From the IMG/VR virus record IMGVR_UViG_2974506496_000001, positions 128,001 through 192,000 of that record: 64,000 bases of DNA, one strand, 5' to 3'. The notes below the pieces were generated by a model. That model had not been told where the DNA came from, searched no databases, and was given only the letters and a program-made list of their open reading frames with translations. The position numbers and the translations under genes are program-made. This DNA is from a virus (Duplodnaviria > Caudoviricetes). Positions 60,231-64,000 of this stretch are shown in pieces (the first letter of the stretch is position 1; each line of letters opens with the position of its first letter).

Positions 60231-60932
60231 ATGAACGGTATGAAGATGATGATTGGTTCCCTGCCACTGAGCAGCATGATGGGTGGTAGTCGTTCAGACG
60301 CGGGTACTTTCAATCCTGCACCGCACGCTGTCCCTTTCCGCGCAGTTGGTGAGTACATCGCGGATGCGGCATTTGAGGATCGTGGGGTGTTGGTTTCTGC
60401 AGACGGGATCGTTGCTACTGTGCGCGCCAAAAAGATGACCTTCCAGGAAGCCGCAGATGCCCGCGGTGCAGCCACCGGACTGTATGCCATTATGTTCCCA
60501 GTCGCTAACGGGGCGAAAGACGATACTGTCGTGATCACCACTACCAGTCAGGCTGTGTTGTTTAACTTACTGGCAGTTGAAGATCTCCCTGATGAACTGT
60601 TTGTGCAGTTTGGTCTGGCAACGACTACCGCGACGGTGAAAGCCATGACCAATGACAACAACGACCATATCCGGGTACTGGCCAACGCCGGCGGTATCGC
60701 CCCAAGCAATACTTCCCCGTCCCATTTGATTGTGGATAAGCAGCGCAATCTGATCATTGGTCATATTGTAAAAGAAGGTGATGATCAAGCAGACTTCAGT
60801 ATCTTCGCCGCCTCACGTAAATCCAAATCATCACAGGACTACATTATCAACGTGAGTACCGATGATAGTGATATCATCAAGCATATCGTCCAGGCTACAG
60901 TGGAAGAGATTGCACTGGGAGACGCTGTCTAG
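60231..60932 (+). CDS. Hypothetical protein
   Basis: 233-aa ORF, GAGG RBS. Confidence 0.7.
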   Translation: MNGMKMMIGSLPLSSMMGGSRSDAGTFNPAPHAVPFRAVGEYIADAAFEDRGVLVSADGIVATVRAKKMTFQEAADARGAATGLYAIMFPVANGAKDDTVVITTTSQAVLFNLLAVEDLPDELFVQFGLATTTATVKAMTNDNNDHIRVLANAGGIAPSNTSPSHLIVDKQRNLIIGHIVKEGDDQADFSIFAASRKSKSSQDYIINVSTDDSDIIKHIVQATVEEIALGDAV

Positions 60933-61000
60933 TCTGTAATTGCAGACAAAACCGGCGGATGATATAGCACCAGAAATTAACCGGAAGTAGGAGTAAAAGA

Positions 61001-61648
61001 ATGTCAGTCATGACAGGTGGTTTTGGCGCAATCAATGCGCTAATGTCCAACGGCCGCCCGACTCAGGGTGCCATGGAGTATTTTAACAATCAGTATCAGG
61101 GCATGCTGCAAGCAGCGCAGCAAGTGGGTAGTGTAGCGATGCAGCAGATCTATCAGATCGCAACACACACCTATGAGAACCTGATGCAGACCCGTCCGTG
61201 GGAACTGGCAGAAGCAGCGTTGCGTCAAACAGTGCACATGTTTGACCCGAACACGGTTCGTCAGCTTCTCAACCTGGCTGATATGCAAACCGCCAAACCG
61301 ATCATGCAGCGGTGGGTGATGGCGCAACCGGATATCCGTCAGATGTATCATCAGCAGCGTATCGATGGTTACAGCGAAACGTATGAAGATGCCCAACCAG
61401 GGATGGTAGGTGCAGACCATTATGATTATCGTCGTGCAGCAAACGGCATGTTGCAGTTTGCACACACTGAAGAGGTGCCGATGGCGTCTTGGCAGGCGAC
61501 GACCTATTATGAGCGTCTGGTAGAAGGTGATAACGAACTGTCGTTCCATGAGAAGCGTGACATCCATGTAACCTGGGATGCGTGTCTGAATCTGATGAAC
61601 ACACAGGCGTATGATCCGACCTCCATCTTCAACATGAAGCTGGCGTAA
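61001..61648 (+). CDS. Conserved phiKZ-like hypothetical protein
   Basis: AGGAG RBS; MQRWVMAQP...DGYSETY...DYRR pattern recalled from jumbo-phage core genes. Confidence 0.65.
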   Translation: MSVMTGGFGAINALMSNGRPTQGAMEYFNNQYQGMLQAAQQVGSVAMQQIYQIATHTYENLMQTRPWELAEAALRQTVHMFDPNTVRQLLNLADMQTAKPIMQRWVMAQPDIRQMYHQQRIDGYSETYEDAQPGMVGADHYDYRRAANGMLQFAHTEEVPMASWQATTYYERLVEGDNELSFHEKRDIHVTWDACLNLMNTQAYDPTSIFNMKLA

Positions 61649-61656
61649 GTTAATCG

Positions 61657-61684
61657 GAGGAGGGGTAGCCCTCCTCTTATGCCG
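61657..61684 (+). terminator. Hairpin plus TTATGCCG
   Basis: gaggaggg-gtag-ccctcctc-ttatgccg. Confidence 0.7.
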
Positions 61685-61696
61685 TTTGAGGGTAGC

Positions 61697-61921
61697 ATGG
61701 CAAAAAAGGAACTCACGATGAAGCGACTTCAGATAGACATCTCTGAACAGGGCTTTAGCAAACTCAATGCACTCAAGGTGAAAATGGAAACCACTGCCAT
61801 GGGTAGCGTTGTCAGCCGCGCCTTATCGATTACCGATCGTTTGTTCACCGCCAAGGAGAAAGGCAGTAAGATCCTGATCGTGGATAAAGATGGTAATGTC
61901 ACCGAAATCGAATTACTGTAG
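61697..61921 (+). CDS. Ribbon-helix-helix-like DNA-binding protein
   Basis: KRLQIDIS beta strand, helix SKLNALK, helix VVSRAL, tail GSKILIVDKDG. Confidence 0.55.
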   Translation: MAKKELTMKRLQIDISEQGFSKLNALKVKMETTAMGSVVSRALSITDRLFTAKEKGSKILIVDKDGNVTEIELL

Positions 61922-61929
61922 AGGTTAAC

Positions 61930-62157
61930 ATGGCTTGGTCCAAACGCCGTGCAAAGAAACGCATCATTCACTTACGTGGTTTTCATTATCGTGTTCAATC
62001 ACGTAGTATCGCAATCTGGGAACAGTATCGCGAATATCATCAAAATCGACCATTTGGATCTGGCGTTGGTTTATTGATGTTACTTGACCCTGAAACTGGT
62101 TGTCCAATAGGAGCTCATCGTGGCCTTAAGCAAAACAAAAATAAAGCGTCGTACTAA
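61930..62157 (+). CDS. Small basic hypothetical protein
   Basis: GAGGT RBS. Confidence 0.55.
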   Translation: MAWSKRRAKKRIIHLRGFHYRVQSRSIAIWEQYREYHQNRPFGSGVGLLMLLDPETGCPIGAHRGLKQNKNKASY

Positions 62158-62404
62158 TGCGCTGTATAACTACAAAACGCTGGTTGAACGCATTAGCTAT
62201 AAATGCATGATAGCCCACATCGATGCTCAGGGTATCAAGCTTGAATTGAACCGCACGGGTTCGTCAATTAAAAGTGAAGACATTCCTGCTGCAAAAGAAG
62301 CCCGTCTTGCATTGAAACGCGAAATCGTCCGTCTGCGGAATATCCAGGGGCGTCGTCGTATCGTGAATGCCGGTAAGATCAAAGCGGCAATCAGCCAGTA
62401 TTAA
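62120..62404 (+). CDS. Small basic hypothetical protein
   Basis: AGGAG RBS, GTG start, followed by a terminator. Confidence 0.6.
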   Translation: MALSKTKIKRRTNALYNYKTLVERISYKCMIAHIDAQGIKLELNRTGSSIKSEDIPAAKEARLALKREIVRLRNIQGRRRIVNAGKIKAAISQY

Positions 62405-62407
62405 TAG

Positions 62408-62438
62408 AAGGGACTTCGGTCCCTTTATTTTTTTTTTG
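62408..62438 (+). terminator. Canonical intrinsic terminator
   Basis: aagggac-ttcg-gtccctt plus long T-run. Confidence 0.85.
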
Positions 62439-62465
62439 TCTTGAATAATGAAATTTTTACGCTGT

Positions 62466-62488
62466 AGAAAATCTTAGACCTATATAAC
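62466..62488 (+). promoter_or_regulatory. Putative early promoter (AGAAAATCTYAGACCTATAT)
   Basis: Near-identical copy at 63072-63094; TATATAAC variant. Confidence 0.6.
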
Positions 62489-62528
62489 GGCACTGATAGA
62501 GTAATCTAAATTAACTTACGAGGTTATC

Positions 62529-63059
62529 ATGAAAAACACTACTTTTCTAATTGAGACCCTGAAACGTATCTTGGAAGAGCTGGACCAGGCAACGTTATCA
62601 ACTGAAGAAAAAATTGAATTAACCACCATGGTTGAGAAAGAACATTTTGCTAAGCTGTTCGGTGTCCGCGCAGAAGAAACCACTCAGTTAAGTGAGCGCG
62701 ATTTCTCTAAACTGACCGGTTATCAGTACAACAGTGTTTACGCGGGGTTAGATTTGGTTGGTAATTTTGACTGGGTGATCACGGCGGATGGCGCAGTCGT
62801 AACAAGAGAAATGCCTCATCACGGCAGTAACCATTGGTTGCCACCGCGCAGGCAATTTATATTCAGACTGATCGATGAAGGTCGTGAAATATTTAATGAA
62901 GGCACTAGACTGCTTGTTATCAGAATTGAGAACACCATCACCAAAGAGGTCTTTTCAATTAACTTTGAAGTTGCTGATATTCAAATCGGCAGTGCGGTTG
63001 TTAAAATGGTTGAGCGTTATCTGTTCGATTATTACAGGGTCAGCGTCAAGAAACTGTAA
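62529..63059 (+). CDS. Hypothetical early protein
   Basis: GAGGT RBS, upstream promoter. Confidence 0.7.
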   Translation: MKNTTFLIETLKRILEELDQATLSTEEKIELTTMVEKEHFAKLFGVRAEETTQLSERDFSKLTGYQYNSVYAGLDLVGNFDWVITADGAVVTREMPHHGSNHWLPPRRQFIFRLIDEGREIFNEGTRLLVIRIENTITKEVFSINFEVADIQIGSAVVKMVERYLFDYYRVSVKKL

Positions 63060-63071
63060 AATATGAGTTGC

Positions 63072-63094
63072 AGAAAATCTCAGACCTATATGAC
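63072..63094 (+). promoter_or_regulatory. Putative early promoter (copy 2)
   Basis: agaaaatctcagacctatatgac. Confidence 0.6.
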
Positions 63095-63162
63095 TGGGGT
63101 GATAAAGAGTAGTGAATACTCTTAACCCCTAACCCAATTAACCTTAAGTATGGAGTAGTATC

Positions 63163-63453
63163 ATGACTGTAACTTTCTCTCAGCAAATGCAGGTTGTCGA
63201 ATCTATCGCTGTGATGCAGGAAAAAGCAATGGAACTGCAAGTTGCTACCAAAGCGTGTTACGACGAAGTCACCCGTCTGGCCAACCGACTGGCTGACATC
63301 AACGACCCACTCGGCTTTCAGAAAGCCTATGAAGAATATCGTGCCAAGCTGGCTGAAGCGGATGTATTAGCCGATGCTACTCGCCTGGCTTACAACATGT
63401 CAGACGCTGCACTGAAAACCATCCTGGGTGAAGCTAACCCAACCTTTCATTAA
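63163..63453 (+). CDS. Small coiled-coil hypothetical protein
   Basis: GGAG RBS, Ala/Glu-rich helix. Confidence 0.7.
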   Translation: MTVTFSQQMQVVESIAVMQEKAMELQVATKACYDEVTRLANRLADINDPLGFQKAYEEYRAKLAEADVLADATRLAYNMSDAALKTILGEANPTFH

Positions 63454-63492
63454 TAGTTAATTACTCATCGTCATTACGCCTCGGAGAAACTC

Positions 63493-63702
63493 ATGAGCGA
63501 TTTTATTAGCAACCTGTTCGAAATCGCTATTGCAGTTTCTTCTGTAGTGGCGATGGTTAAATTGATTAAATCTGATAATGCCTATATTGCAGAAACAGTT
63601 CGTATCATCGATGCCTGCGCTTCTTTACAGGAAGGGCAAGTAATTCAGGGCGAAGTGGTTAACACCAACACCCAGACAACCAACTTATACATCACCCATT
63701 AA
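63493..63702 (+). CDS. Small hypothetical membrane protein
   Basis: GGAG RBS, hydrophobic N-terminus. Confidence 0.55.
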   Translation: MSDFISNLFEIAIAVSSVVAMVKLIKSDNAYIAETVRIIDACASLQEGQVIQGEVVNTNTQTTNLYITH

Positions 63703-63724
63703 TCTACTTGTAAGGAATACACCC

Positions 63725-64000
63725 ATGTCAAACTCTATGTTCATCTGCCTGTCACTGTTAGCGGTTATCTCTGTCTCCGGTGGTATCGCCTTTGCCAAGA
63801 GCCTGTCACCGACCCATGCCATGATGACCGCCTTTGCTTACTTACGTGAGCAACTCGGTGATGACGCAGCACAGTACGAATACGATAAACGCTCACACCT
63901 TCTTTGCATGACAAACCTGGTGGAAACTAACTATGCCCTGGTCTGCGGTAAGCACTTTGAACGCGCAGAACAAAAACGTGCATGGTTAGTTAAGGAAGCA
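63725..64000 (+). CDS. Partial ORF with N-terminal signal/TM segment (runs off the window)
   Basis: TAAGGA RBS, MSNSMFICLSLLAVISVSGGIAFAK. Confidence 0.55.
   Translation, partial: MSNSMFICLSLLAVISVSGGIAFAKSLSPTHAMMTAFAYLREQLGDDAAQYEYDKRSHLLCMTNLVETNYALVCGKHFERAEQKRAWLVKEA

Noticed and set aside
1-64000. Stop-codon reassignment (alternative genetic code)
   Set aside because: Core genes are intact under the standard code, TAA, TGA and TAG all serve as stops, and no suppressor tRNA is present.

Overview
A 64-kb segment of a nucleus-forming, phiKZ-like jumbo phage genome (Chimalliviridae-type; gene order resembles enterobacterial SPN3US/RAY-like phages). Left arm: virion RNA polymerase beta'/beta subunits, endolysin, prohead protease, tail tube and sheath, three structural genes, terminase large subunit and head proteins with G-x-E propeptides. 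Right arm: PhuZ tubulin, family-B DNA polymerase catalytic half, chimallin, non-virion RNAP beta' N-subunit and a tandem HExxH paralog trio. The most striking part is the largely ORF-poor interval at ~37.0-40.9 kb, which looks like a dense island of structured RNAs. It holds a tRNA-Asn(GUU) flanked by folded RNAs and a ~440-nt RNA that starts 10 nt after a coiled-coil (DIP1984-like) gene. That RNA is closed by a 16-bp terminal helix and contains a circularly permuted, YrlA/Y-RNA-like tRNA mimic, a possible pseudoknot and a 7-8-nt TAAAG/TATAAC repeat tract. The island also has a second tRNA-like fold with a 42-nt insert in place of the anticodon loop, and a complete type I hammerhead ribozyme. 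TATATTAC early promoters and hairpin+TTATGCYG terminator-like signals recur across the window. All RNA structures were derived by manual base-pairing and all protein families by motif and synteny recall; no searches were run.
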